Source: Oligoflexus sp. (lineage in GTDB: Bacteria > Bdellovibrionota_B > Oligoflexia > Oligoflexales > Oligoflexaceae). Taken from it: a DNA stretch of 58,667 bases. Both the position numbers and the translations under genes were made by a program. Position 1 is the first letter of the stretch, and every line of letters starts with the position of its first letter. The stretch lies in assembly GCA_041737755.1 (NCBI GenBank), contig JBGSRE010000491.1, positions 1-58,667 of the forward strand, given 5' to 3'. Under the pieces are notes generated by a model. The model did not search any database. It saw only the letters and a program-made list of their open reading frames with translations, and was not told the DNA's origin. Positions 26,406 to 36,402 of this stretch are shown one piece after another.

Positions 26406-28513
26406 TGAATTGGGTTTCCATCCTTGTGACAAGCCTTACTCTCCTCATTTTCAGTGGGGTTGGAGCGGCATCTACGATTAGGCTCGAAAAGGGTTGGGAA
26501 ATCTCGTGGGAATCAAAAGCCTTCCCGCAAGGTTGGACGCCTTGGCAAAGTGTGGATCTGCCATGTATTCCTACATTCAAAGTAGATGGTAACAAGATCG
26601 CCGCTCGAATTCATTTGCCACCCTTCGAATCACAGGATCCGAGCATACTTATAAAACTGCTCGATCAACCATTTGTGATGTCAGTTGATGGAAACGAGAT
26701 CTATCGATTTGGTGAGATGAGTGATGGTCACAGAAAATTTCTTGGCCTTCCTTGGCATATTGTGTCTCTACCAGCAGAATTTCAGGGTAAAGACCTTGTT
26801 TTCAATGTTCGCAGATCATCTGATCCCAAGTCTGGCCTGTGTGACGAAGTCATACTCGGATCGCGGGCTGAGCACATCGCGAACATGATAACAGAAAATT
26901 TTGATATTATTGTCTTAGCCACGGTTTCACTTATGGCTGCAATGATCAATCTTATCATTGCTCTCTCGATGAGAAAGGCGAAGCCTTACCTAGCCTTTTC
27001 TCTCTTCGCATCTGCTATTGGAACATGGGTATTTTCGAATTCGAGCAATCAGATCAAGCTATTTTTAATTCCAGACGCAGTGTTTTGGGCTTGGTTGGAC
27101 CTAACATCACTCTACTTGATTCCGGCCTTTGTTCTTCTTTTTGTTTATCAGGTATTTGGCAATCCTCCTAAAAAGATCCTTCTTTGGCTGTCAATTGTGC
27201 ATTTGGCATATGCTGCCGGCGCGACTATTTTAGTTGGATATGGAGCAATTGACCCTAAGACTCCGCTATTTCCGTATAACTGTCTTGTCCCTGTGACGCT
27301 CGTGGTGCTTACAGTTTATACCATCCTACTCATTGCTCGAAAACAGGCAGATGCTGGCTTTATCGGAGCTGGTCTCATTCTTATGATTGGTTTTGCCATC
27401 CATGACTTGATGGTTGGATTGCAGATACTGCCTTGGACGCGGCATACCTTGCAGTTCGGTCTTACGTCAATGCTTATACCATTTTCTGTTATTGTCGTAA
27501 GGCGCGTGCATCAGCTTTTAGACATGCAAAGACAAGCGGAGTTTCAGTCGATAAAAGACCGGCAACGAGCAGAAATTATGCAAAATCTTGCTCATGATAT
27601 CAAAAATCCTCTCGCGGTTTTCGAGCTGATTGCTTCCACGAAGACCTGGGAAGAGTTTTTAGACTGGAAATTAGAGATGGGACGGGCTGTAGAACGAATC
27701 CATGGAATTATTGCTGGATTTAGAAAAGACGCAGACACAACACCACTGAAAATCGAAATAGGCTTCATTGATTTGCAGGCAATCGCCTCAGATGCGATGA
27801 AAACTCTTGGCTCAGAACGCCTCGCGATCAAGGCGGATTCTGCAACTGACGGCGTTGCCTTGCATATAGATCGGGTAGCGATCGAACGTACTTTATTCAA
27901 CTTGATCACAAATGCTGCTGAAGCCGGATCATCGACTATTTTGATTAGCTCCCGTGTTACCGGGGGAGATCTTACTCTATCGGTTGCCGATAATGGACCA
28001 GGTGTCCCGCCCGAAATTAAGCAAAGTCTTTTTCATCGCGGGCAATCTTTTGGCAAGATTGGAGGTCAAGGTATTGGTCTTTTTAACGTCAAAAGTATTG
28101 TGTGTGGCCATGGTGGAACTGTCGAATATATTAGAACAAATGACCTATCAATTTTTCAAATCAGACTACCTGACACTGTGGAAATCAAAAATGATCCTTT
28201 GCTAGATGACGAGATTAATCAATCGGATCAACCAAAGCAGCAGTCGGTCCTTATTTCCATTCTGGATATTGGGCGAAAAGAAGAGGTTTTGAGTGCTTTG
28301 GCTAGTTACCCATTAAAGATTTATTTAGCAGTGCATGGAGATCAAGTTCCTAGCTTGGTTTTTACCGACGACCATGAATTAATTGAAAAATATTTGGCAA
28401 TGGGCATTCCCATTATGATGGAAAATGGAAAAGACGCACCAGAGAAGATTGCCAAACAGATTGTCCGCAGGGTGAGGGGACGGTCAGAGCATAAGCAAGA
28501 AAGGATTGATTAA
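26402..28513 (+). CDS. Sensor histidine kinase with an extracellular beta-rich domain and 7TM-DISM-like membrane domain
   Basis: Signal peptide; about 7 TM helices; H-box 'LAHDIKNPL', N-box 'NLITNA', G boxes 'DNGPG' and 'GQGIGL'. Confidence 0.88.
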   Translation: MMNWVSILVTSLTLLIFSGVGAASTIRLEKGWEISWESKAFPQGWTPWQSVDLPCIPTFKVDGNKIAARIHLPPFESQDPSILIKLLDQPFVMSVDGNEIYRFGEMSDGHRKFLGLPWHIVSLPAEFQGKDLVFNVRRSSDPKSGLCDEVILGSRAEHIANMITENFDIIVLATVSLMAAMINLIIALSMRKAKPYLAFSLFASAIGTWVFSNSSNQIKLFLIPDAVFWAWLDLTSLYLIPAFVLLFVYQVFGNPPKKILLWLSIVHLAYAAGATILVGYGAIDPKTPLFPYNCLVPVTLVVLTVYTILLIARKQADAGFIGAGLILMIGFAIHDLMVGLQILPWTRHTLQFGLTSMLIPFSVIVVRRVHQLLDMQRQAEFQSIKDRQRAEIMQNLAHDIKNPLAVFELIASTKTWEEFLDWKLEMGRAVERIHGIIAGFRKDADTTPLKIEIGFIDLQAIASDAMKTLGSERLAIKADSATDGVALHIDRVAIERTLFNLITNAAEAGSSTILISSRVTGGDLTLSVADNGPGVPPEIKQSLFHRGQSFGKIGGQGIGLFNVKSIVCGHGGTVEYIRTNDLSIFQIRLPDTVEIKNDPLLDDEINQSDQPKQQSVLISILDIGRKEEVLSALASYPLKIYLAVHGDQVPSLVFTDDHELIEKYLAMGIPIMMENGKDAPEKIAKQIVRRVRGRSEHKQERID

Positions 28514-29981
28514 CATGAGTGAACAATCATCGAAAACAAATAGATCAATTTTGATCGTTGAAGACGATGGATCTCAGCTCGGACGGTATCTAGAGATGGC
28601 GCGCGAGGCAGGTTTGGAAGCACGCGGCGCTCTCAATGATAAAGATGCTCTTAATCAGCTGGCAAATATCAGCTTTCAATATGTGCTGACCGACATCCAC
28701 CTTAATGGGCAGTTAAACTACAACGGATTTGAAGGGATCAAGATTCTCCGCTATTTGAAGGAGAATATGCCTGAAGTCATTCCGTTAGCTATGACCTCAG
28801 ATCCAAAGATTGAGACCTATAGGGAGGTGTTGAGCGAGGGGGCAGAATACCTTTTTCGCAAGCCGATCATTAGCAAAGATGAGCTCTTGATTCATCTCAA
28901 CGCTGCCCGAAGTCGGCGACTCATGGGCTTTCTGGTTAAGCGCCGACCAAAGGAGGCAGGCCTTCCAGAGAGAATTAGACAGCACTGCCCCGATGGTGTC
29001 GTTATTGCTGAAGCAATTCGAGAAACTGTCCGTAAAGTTGCTGCCCATGGTCGAGTGCCAGTGGTCATTTTTGGCGAAACCGGCACTGGCAAAGAAGAAG
29101 TTGCGAAGCTCATCCATCGCCGTCGATTTGAGATCAGCGGTCCTCTTCCATTTATCCCGGTTAACTGCGCTAATCTTCGTGGCGAGACAGCAATATCGTC
29201 TATATTTGGCCACAAGAAGGGTTCATTTACAGGAGCAGATCAAACGACCAATGGCTTTGTAGGGGAGGCTGATGGTGGAATTCTGTTTTTGGATGAAATA
29301 CATGCGCTTTCTATTGACTGCCAGCAAAGGCTTTTGAGGGTTTTGCAAGATGGAACTTATTTTCGATTGGGCGACACCAAAGAGCTCCACTCATACTTTC
29401 AAGTGATCGTGGCAACGACTCGTGATCTTGATGATGAGACTGATGCAGGTCGTTTCCTGCTTGATTTGCGCACTCGATTGATCGGTTTTGACATCAGCTT
29501 GAGCCCGCTTAGAGAGAGAAAAGAGGACCTGCCCGTCTTGGTAGACCTCTGCTTTGCCCGCCATGGGGTCAATGTTCCTGAGAGTGAAGTCCAGCGCATT
29601 GCCAAAAAATGTGGGGAATATTATTGGCGAGGTAATATCCGGCAGCTGTTTATGGTGCTGCAAGCCCTAATTGTTGAAGCTGAAGGGAATGAGCAGGAAA
29701 TTCGGGCCGAAAATCTTCCAGTGGTTAAACATATGTTGCCTCCTGGGGAAGAGAATATTTCGACTAAAGCTCTAGGAATTCAGGGAATACCTGCCGATAG
29801 TGGTCGAATTATTGAAGGTGCCTTACGAAACGATCAACCGCTGCATGATACGGTGGCCCTGTTTGAAAAGTTCGTTATTCAGGCGGCGATGGCAAGGCAC
29901 GCGAAACTTGGCGATGTCGCAAGTTCACTGGGTATTGGGCGAAGTACCCTCGATGAAAAGCGGAAGAAATATGGTATTTAA
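28506..29981 (+). CDS. Sigma-54-dependent response regulator (NtrC-type enhancer-binding protein)
   Basis: Receiver domain (IVEDD..LTD..KP), GETGTGKE, GSFTGA, 'LFLDEI', 'WRGNIRQL' and a Fis-type HTH. Confidence 0.95.
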   Translation: MINMSEQSSKTNRSILIVEDDGSQLGRYLEMAREAGLEARGALNDKDALNQLANISFQYVLTDIHLNGQLNYNGFEGIKILRYLKENMPEVIPLAMTSDPKIETYREVLSEGAEYLFRKPIISKDELLIHLNAARSRRLMGFLVKRRPKEAGLPERIRQHCPDGVVIAEAIRETVRKVAAHGRVPVVIFGETGTGKEEVAKLIHRRRFEISGPLPFIPVNCANLRGETAISSIFGHKKGSFTGADQTTNGFVGEADGGILFLDEIHALSIDCQQRLLRVLQDGTYFRLGDTKELHSYFQVIVATTRDLDDETDAGRFLLDLRTRLIGFDISLSPLRERKEDLPVLVDLCFARHGVNVPESEVQRIAKKCGEYYWRGNIRQLFMVLQALIVEAEGNEQEIRAENLPVVKHMLPPGEENISTKALGIQGIPADSGRIIEGALRNDQPLHDTVALFEKFVIQAAMARHAKLGDVASSLGIGRSTLDEKRKKYGI

Positions 29982-29994
29982 TGGAGGAAATAAC

Positions 29995-30828
29995 ATGCAA
30001 TTCAGTTCATGGACAGCGCCAACATTGGAAGGGCTAATGCTGATTGTTTTAGCCTCTTGCGGTGGAGGTGGTGACAAGAAAGCAATTGATGATGGCACCA
30101 ATTTGACAAAGCCAGGTGATCAAGCTGATGCTGCACAAGCACAATCCTGTGAAATCGGTGAAACTAAGCGTGACGATGGAAGCTGTGTCCGCGCTTGTCG
30201 AGTTGGGTCTAACAAGAGCGAATACTGTTTACGCAACAGTGAAATGCCAAGTGACATCGATCCAACCAAAAAAGTAGCTGCTTGCAAGTATGGCTTTTTT
30301 GACAATGAAAAGTGCAAAAAAGTCTTTTTTAAGGCCACCAAAGATGGTGTATCGCTGTTCGCCGGAGAGACTCTCAGAGCTAGAGCTGGCAACGACGAGC
30401 TGATGCTCGAACGGTTGTCTCTTGGTGGTTTTAGCGGGAATGGGTATCAAGTCGAATATGATTACCCTACCGAGTTTCCTCGGATCGCTTTAAGTGAAGA
30501 GTCTATCGGAAATGTCTCGGTATTTATCGAGAAGCCTGGTCAAGCTAAGGAAGCTAGGATTGTTGCGGATAGTTTTTATGATGATCCCTTAAGCAGGGCG
30601 GCGATTGATTTTTATGGAGTTCAGTTCGAAATGGGTCCGATGACCAAGGCTGATTTTGGGTTGCTTTGCAAAAAGTTGTCTGGGCAGAACATCTTTCCCG
30701 AGCGGAATACGTTCAAATTCCTAGAGATTGATTCTTATAAATATTTCTGTGGTGAGACGCCCCCATCTTTGCTGATGCAATGCGAGGGTGTCGATTGCCG
30801 AATCACTGAGATAGATGCTGTCTGGTGA
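29995..30828 (+). CDS. Cys-rich lipoprotein of unknown function
   Basis: ATG 29995 after GGAGGA; lipobox LASC; multiple Cys pairs. Confidence 0.7.
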   Translation: MQFSSWTAPTLEGLMLIVLASCGGGGDKKAIDDGTNLTKPGDQADAAQAQSCEIGETKRDDGSCVRACRVGSNKSEYCLRNSEMPSDIDPTKKVAACKYGFFDNEKCKKVFFKATKDGVSLFAGETLRARAGNDELMLERLSLGGFSGNGYQVEYDYPTEFPRIALSEESIGNVSVFIEKPGQAKEARIVADSFYDDPLSRAAIDFYGVQFEMGPMTKADFGLLCKKLSGQNIFPERNTFKFLEIDSYKYFCGETPPSLLMQCEGVDCRITEIDAVW

Positions 30829-31177
30829 TGATAAAAAGTAACAGGAACTTTTAGTAGAAATTCTGGAATTGAACGATGATGTCAAAATTTAGGCTTGTTA
30901 AAGATAAAAGTGCTTGTGGTAATGCTAGTCAGTTTTTTGTTGCTGGTGAACTATGCAATTGAACGGCGACCCTTTCGCCTCTGATCTTTGCGCACGTCAA
31001 TCCTTACGGGACGTTCAAACTCGATATGCCGAAGCGCCCGGCATTGGGCGCGGCATGATCGGTGCTGCTGCTCAGCTTCGTGGTACTTTGCGGTTCATTC
31101 ATTCTGCCCCCATAAAGCGAGGGCGTCGATTGATGACGGCAAACGGACTAAGCCACCTAAACGAAAGATTGCAGGTC

Positions 31178-34100
31178 TCAATCCTTGACGAGCCCTTCGC
31201 CAACGTCTCGCATCCTTCGAAGATACCCCTCACACTTTCTTGATTCGAAGGGCGCTTTACTCACAATTTCCATTACCTGGACGCAAGAGTTGAGCTGAAA
31301 CGTCGTTGGCGTGAGATTCTCGCAAATCAACGCGGCTGCCTCTCCATACTTATCGAGTACGTCGACCCACGATTGCCACTTGGCGTTCGTGATGTCTCCG
31401 GCTCGCGGATCGCCATCGCTGCCGTCTGCACGCTTCACAACAAGTTGAGCCAACTCAGTGTACCAATCCAACCCCACCAGGAAGAACGTTCCGCGAAATG
31501 AGTTGTTCTTTCTTTCAAGGATCTGATCGAAGATCATATAGATGTCGTACTTTGACCCTGACTGGACTGCCTCTCTTATTACAGACGTTAGAGGGACAAA
31601 CCACGGCTTCAAAATCCTAGTAGATTCGGGAGTCGCTAGGTCGCTAATCCAAGACGTAGCATACAGCCAAAAATTTTCTGGCTTCGTTGCCCGTTTCCGC
31701 TCTGAATCATAAATTAGCTCCCATAGATGCTGAATCCGATAACAGTAGGTACCAGGAACACATTCTTCCCAGTTTTGGGATGCGGCCTCCTTGAGCCCAA
31801 ACAAGTAGTCCCAGAGGAACTCAAGTCGCGCTTGTTCATTGGCGAGAACCTTGGCCTCGTGTTCTCCTCGGATCGCTTTGTCAAAGAGCTCATTAACTAT
31901 TGTCGCGTTTGGTCCTTGAGATACTCCATATGCGCCAAAGGTTCTACCGAGCGAAGATAGATATTCTTTAGCGTCCACAAACTCATCACGATTCAACAGC
32001 AAACTAAAGCATTGCCCAACAGTGTTGTCATCGAGGTATCGAAAGAGGTTAATGTATAGGGACAACGTCTTGTATGATTTCGCACCTTTTGCAACCTCCA
32101 CGAATAAAGACTTTGTGTCGATTGTCGGCGTTGCGAACCAGTTAAACGGCCTAATCTCCATTCCGAATGCCCATCGCATGTTTTCGCTTTGACGAGACAA
32201 CGCCTGAACAACGTAAATACCAAATCTGTTCAAAATGTCAGATATCCTTAGCTCCGGATGGATGAGAACAGAGTCGATGCAATCAAGTACACGCATATAG
32301 TCGAGCTGAAGCAAGGCGGAGTCGTCGAACTCGTCGTTCTCGAATACGGTTGCCGTAGATTCCAATATATCCATGCAGGTAGTAGCTATTAGGCGTGCTG
32401 TTTTTATTGATGGCCAGATTCCAGTTGTATCCTTCTTTCCATTCAGCCCGGTGCAAGCATCGAAGACTTTTCCAATGGAAACAAAGATCCACGTTTCAGT
32501 TCGGAATGACCCAACATCACCATTTAACTCGGCGACGGCTCTATCCACCTCAGCACAGAGGGCTGAGGTCTGGTCAATACTCAGCCGAGGCTGCTGCGGA
32601 AGCTGCTTTGTGGCTTTATGCAGAGCTTTCATAGCTTCCTGAATTGAGACCGCTCCCCATGCGGCGAAGTCTCCATCTGCGGAATGGTCGGATTCAAATC
32701 TAGCCGAAATACGCTCCCGCTGTGTTGGATCAGATAGCTGGAAAAATTTATCGGACTGTTTGAACGCTTGTACAGTCAAACGCCAACCTTCCGGAACGTC
32801 GGATTCAGGCAACTGAGCTAGGAGATGATTCTTATGAAACTCGTCATCGTCGAATGCTTCGAGTGCTACTGAAATCACCTTGTTCTTATCCACGGATGAG
32901 ATTTCGGACCATACAGCAGCTATGGCCTTTTCAATCCAAAACGCAGTTCCTGGCACGTCATAGAATCTCCGATCCATCAGGTAACGCATGAGAGTCTCGT
33001 GTCTCAGTGCGCAGCTCGGAAGGTCGAAAAGCACGTTGACAAGTATAGCGTGAGTCGTTGGGGATCTGCTCGTTCTGACAACCTCAATTACTTTGGAAAG
33101 CTCGGAAGTTCCTCGCGCTGACATCTCGTGAACAGCATGAGCTATGGCGCGAGCTAGTTTGAAGCAATCCCCACTTGTGTCTCCTGCTCCCCAATACGTA
33201 TATTCGGGATAGTCCCGCTCAAACCAATCATCGCCAGTTGGAACCTTGAGATCATCCTTGTAAAGAGCCTCATAGATTTCTCCCAGGTCACCAACTGAAC
33301 TTTCCCTGAGCTTCTTGTTGCGAGCCGATTTTCTTCGCTGTTCACGCAGCCAACAGCCCTCGAAGAGGTCGACAGCAGTCTTTAAGAAATGTGGGGGATT
33401 CGTAGCGAGGAGCCCTGCGTACTCACCTTTTCTTGTTCCTAACAAGCACCAATCGAGCGCGTCGTGGTCAAAAACTGGGGCGCTCCAAAACTCCTCGGAA
33501 ACATCCCAAACGCCTTCACTCTTTCGCAGGGACACAAGATTTCTAAATGACTCGTCTATTTCTGCGAGAGCATTCAGGTCGCCGCTATGAGCAAACGCTA
33601 GAACGGGCAACACCCCAAGGCATGCGCTGATCAAGCGATAGTCTGAAATGACAGAGAGTTCACTTATCCAGCGAATCGTTACCTTCGTCGGGTCGGTGGT
33701 CGCAACTATCTCGACAATTCGCGCTCGTACCCAATTTGCATATCTATTGTCTTTTGGCAGTTTGTTCGACTCAGACCACTCGCGTAGTCCTCGGCATACA
33801 CTCAATGTTGCTGCAGCAATCTCGGTCTGCTTGCTCATTTCTCCTACATATTCAAAGCACGCACGGAAAAAATCCACGTTGATCCAATTAACGGAAGCGG
33901 CCCAGCCTTTGGTTTGAGGCCAGGCGGCAATCTTTTTTAGCCAAGCTCCATTGCGTGTTCTGGTGGCGGCTCTCAAAAGCCTTGCGCCGAAGTCAGGGTC
34001 CAGTTCTTTCCATTGTTCTATGAAGATCGAGTCGAGGCATTCGAATTCGCCAAGAATGTCAGCAACATCATGGCTAACATTGGCATCTGACTTCTGCATA

Positions 34101-35992
34101 TACTGATCAATTGATATCAACGGATAAAATTCGCTCTTCTTGCCCTCACACATGGCTTCGACGACTGCTCTATGCAATCCCCAACGGACTACGGATACTT
34201 TGATCCTTGCGATCTCGGAGTGGATCTGCTCCGGGGCAATTTTTTCAATGATCCGCTGCGATCCTGCAAACGCCAGAAACAGCGGATGCCTAAAATAAAC
34301 GACCTGATGAGCGGATGGTTTCGTTAAGACGCCGCATGAGACAAGAGAGTCAAGACTCGTCCTTTCGGCTTCAGAAACGTCAGCGATCCGAAGCGCTCTC
34401 CCTATACACTCATGGTCGATCGCTCGTTCAATGATCCCGGCACGAAACGACGCGTCATGTCCAGCAATCACTTTCGCATTCCAAAAGGCACTTAGCAGCG
34501 CATGCCTGGTTTCGATTCCCTTGGGGTCCGAGTCTTCGCCATCGAAAGTTCGGACGAGCAGATCCAGATAGAACGGCACTCGAACGAGTTCTTTCAGCGC
34601 TGGAGAAAGCGATCGTGCGATCTGATCGCCAGTGATTGTTTGCTCGACAAGTGCACTCTCCCACTTTGCGAGTTCAACCGTCTTAGATCTTGGTAACTGA
34701 GCGCCATCTCGTTGCCAGTCTACTGATCGACAGGAAACAACTATAGAGACTTCTTGTTTTGATGACACCATATCAAGAGCATGCAAAATTTGCTTTCGTT
34801 TTGCGTGATTAACTTGATCCAATTCATCGACGAGGATGGTTGGGCGCTTTCCTCCGAGATAGGAAATGTCGATGAAAAGTTCGATCGCAACGGCGAAATC
34901 ACCCCCAAAGCTCCGCTCGTCCCATCGTTGCATGTCAGAGGCCCGAAACGGCAGAAACGCAGATACGTCAGGACAACGTTGCAGGTGGGAGTAGATCTGC
35001 CGCATGCAAACCGACTTGCCCTGTCCGGCCTCGCCAAGAAGAACAAGATTTTCTCGTTTCTGCGAAGCCAACCAGGAGGCTGCTTCGGGTTGGGTTCGGT
35101 CGATTGTTAGTTCGGGGATATTCTCTGTGGCCGTTTTCGAAGCCCAATACTGAAGAATTGCAGTGCGGCATTCGTCAGCAAGAAATTTAAGCAGACGGAT
35201 GCCGTCCTTTGGACGCTCCACAAATTTTCGCAACACTTCGACTTCAGTAATCAGGTCGATCGCAGAGAATAGCTTGAGATCGTTCTGCTCCGATACGGCC
35301 TTGTTCGTCAGCCACCCCTGAAGTTGATTCCTGGCAATCCGATGATCAAGACCACTGAAAAGTCGAGACAGTTTTATCGAAAGAGCCTCATCCAATTTGC
35401 TCTTTTCTACAAGAATGAGGTCGAAGGATCTTAGCAGCCGCAAGGCGGTTGCTGGCTCCACGACTCTGGAGGCAATCTTTCGTTCCTTTTTATCGCTGCT
35501 CTTGATATGGGTCGCGCAACACATCCACCACAGCGCTTCTTCCATGAGTTTCTCGACGTTCGTTACATGGTCCTTCGGAGAGTCCTTTGGGAGCTGCAAT
35601 GCCGAGACTGAAATGGCATGAGCACGGAGCCCTTGCCAAGCAGGGAATGCGGCTGGCCTGTTTTCGCTGTTAACCACCAACTGAGGAACAACCTTCTCGT
35701 GCCCATTGTCGGACACCAGCGATCTGATCCGAAGCCAAAATACACGTCGATCTTGTGCAGAAATGGCGCCGCTTTTTACTTCTTGAACTCTGCATTTATC
35801 GGTTTCGATGACTAGTACGTCCCAGTCCTTGTCATCGCCATCCTTTATCGAGGCTTCGATTCCATACTTTGGCTTTCCATCCGCTTGCCCTGACAAAATA
35901 GAAAGGTCAACGTCCAGCGAATCTCGAAGGGCAAGATCGAGCAGATAGATATCCGAAAAGAGAAAGCCGCTTCTGCTTGTCTGTCCAGACAT
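31178..35992 (-). CDS. Avs-like antiviral STAND/NACHT NTPase with an N-terminal PD-(D/E)XK-type nuclease
   Basis: 'DWDVLV...QEVKSG'; GEAGQGKS; 'ILVDELDQ'; 'VSCR', 'PFYL', 'FRHP'; long helical C-terminus. Confidence 0.75.
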   Translation of the reverse strand: MSGQTSRSGFLFSDIYLLDLALRDSLDVDLSILSGQADGKPKYGIEASIKDGDDKDWDVLVIETDKCRVQEVKSGAISAQDRRVFWLRIRSLVSDNGHEKVVPQLVVNSENRPAAFPAWQGLRAHAISVSALQLPKDSPKDHVTNVEKLMEEALWWMCCATHIKSSDKKERKIASRVVEPATALRLLRSFDLILVEKSKLDEALSIKLSRLFSGLDHRIARNQLQGWLTNKAVSEQNDLKLFSAIDLITEVEVLRKFVERPKDGIRLLKFLADECRTAILQYWASKTATENIPELTIDRTQPEAASWLASQKRENLVLLGEAGQGKSVCMRQIYSHLQRCPDVSAFLPFRASDMQRWDERSFGGDFAVAIELFIDISYLGGKRPTILVDELDQVNHAKRKQILHALDMVSSKQEVSIVVSCRSVDWQRDGAQLPRSKTVELAKWESALVEQTITGDQIARSLSPALKELVRVPFYLDLLVRTFDGEDSDPKGIETRHALLSAFWNAKVIAGHDASFRAGIIERAIDHECIGRALRIADVSEAERTSLDSLVSCGVLTKPSAHQVVYFRHPLFLAFAGSQRIIEKIAPEQIHSEIARIKVSVVRWGLHRAVVEAMCEGKKSEFYPLISIDQYMQKSDANVSHDVADILGEFECLDSIFIEQWKELDPDFGARLLRAATRTRNGAWLKKIAAWPQTKGWAASVNWINVDFFRACFEYVGEMSKQTEIAAATLSVCRGLREWSESNKLPKDNRYANWVRARIVEIVATTDPTKVTIRWISELSVISDYRLISACLGVLPVLAFAHSGDLNALAEIDESFRNLVSLRKSEGVWDVSEEFWSAPVFDHDALDWCLLGTRKGEYAGLLATNPPHFLKTAVDLFEGCWLREQRRKSARNKKLRESSVGDLGEIYEALYKDDLKVPTGDDWFERDYPEYTYWGAGDTSGDCFKLARAIAHAVHEMSARGTSELSKVIEVVRTSRSPTTHAILVNVLFDLPSCALRHETLMRYLMDRRFYDVPGTAFWIEKAIAAVWSEISSVDKNKVISVALEAFDDDEFHKNHLLAQLPESDVPEGWRLTVQAFKQSDKFFQLSDPTQRERISARFESDHSADGDFAAWGAVSIQEAMKALHKATKQLPQQPRLSIDQTSALCAEVDRAVAELNGDVGSFRTETWIFVSIGKVFDACTGLNGKKDTTGIWPSIKTARLIATTCMDILESTATVFENDEFDDSALLQLDYMRVLDCIDSVLIHPELRISDILNRFGIYVVQALSRQSENMRWAFGMEIRPFNWFATPTIDTKSLFVEVAKGAKSYKTLSLYINLFRYLDDNTVGQCFSLLLNRDEFVDAKEYLSSLGRTFGAYGVSQGPNATIVNELFDKAIRGEHEAKVLANEQARLEFLWDYLFGLKEAASQNWEECVPGTYCYRIQHLWELIYDSERKRATKPENFWLYATSWISDLATPESTRILKPWFVPLTSVIREAVQSGSKYDIYMIFDQILERKNNSFRGTFFLVGLDWYTELAQLVVKRADGSDGDPRAGDITNAKWQSWVDVLDKYGEAAALICENLTPTTFQLNSCVQVMEIVSKAPFESRKCEGYLRRMRDVGEGLVKD

Positions 35993-36402
35993 CTGTGTTC
36001 CTCGAATTCGCGCAACTTTCCAGTCTTGAATGATGGAGAAGATGCCGATAATTATAGCAGAAATCAGTCAAAACGCTAAGTCGTATCTCGAATCGTTGGT
36101 AATCACTCCTTCTGAATCTGTCGAGGCCTGACCAGGAATTATGCAAGGATGATAGGGTAATCAGCGCCCTTTTTTCCAAGGTATTGTTAAGTGGAGAGTT
36201 TTCAACTGGTCTTTGCCTAAGTCAAAGTTTGGCTTTTTAAGGTTGTCCTAACCTCATTTTGAAGTTTGTTCAAGTGAGCATGCCTAGTTTCATTCCCATC
36301 CTCCCGATAATGGACAATACCCTAGAGGCGTCCAGGGGAGCCTGTTAGAGACTTTCTTTCGCCTCCTGATTGGACCTTAATTCATAATCTTCCTGATTGA
36401 AG

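Noticed and set aside
30953-31243. Short plus-strand ORFs between the lipoprotein and the STAND gene
   Set aside because: No clear RBS or motif, and they overlap the 3' end of the STAND gene; most other short ORFs nested antisense in long genes were dismissed likewise.
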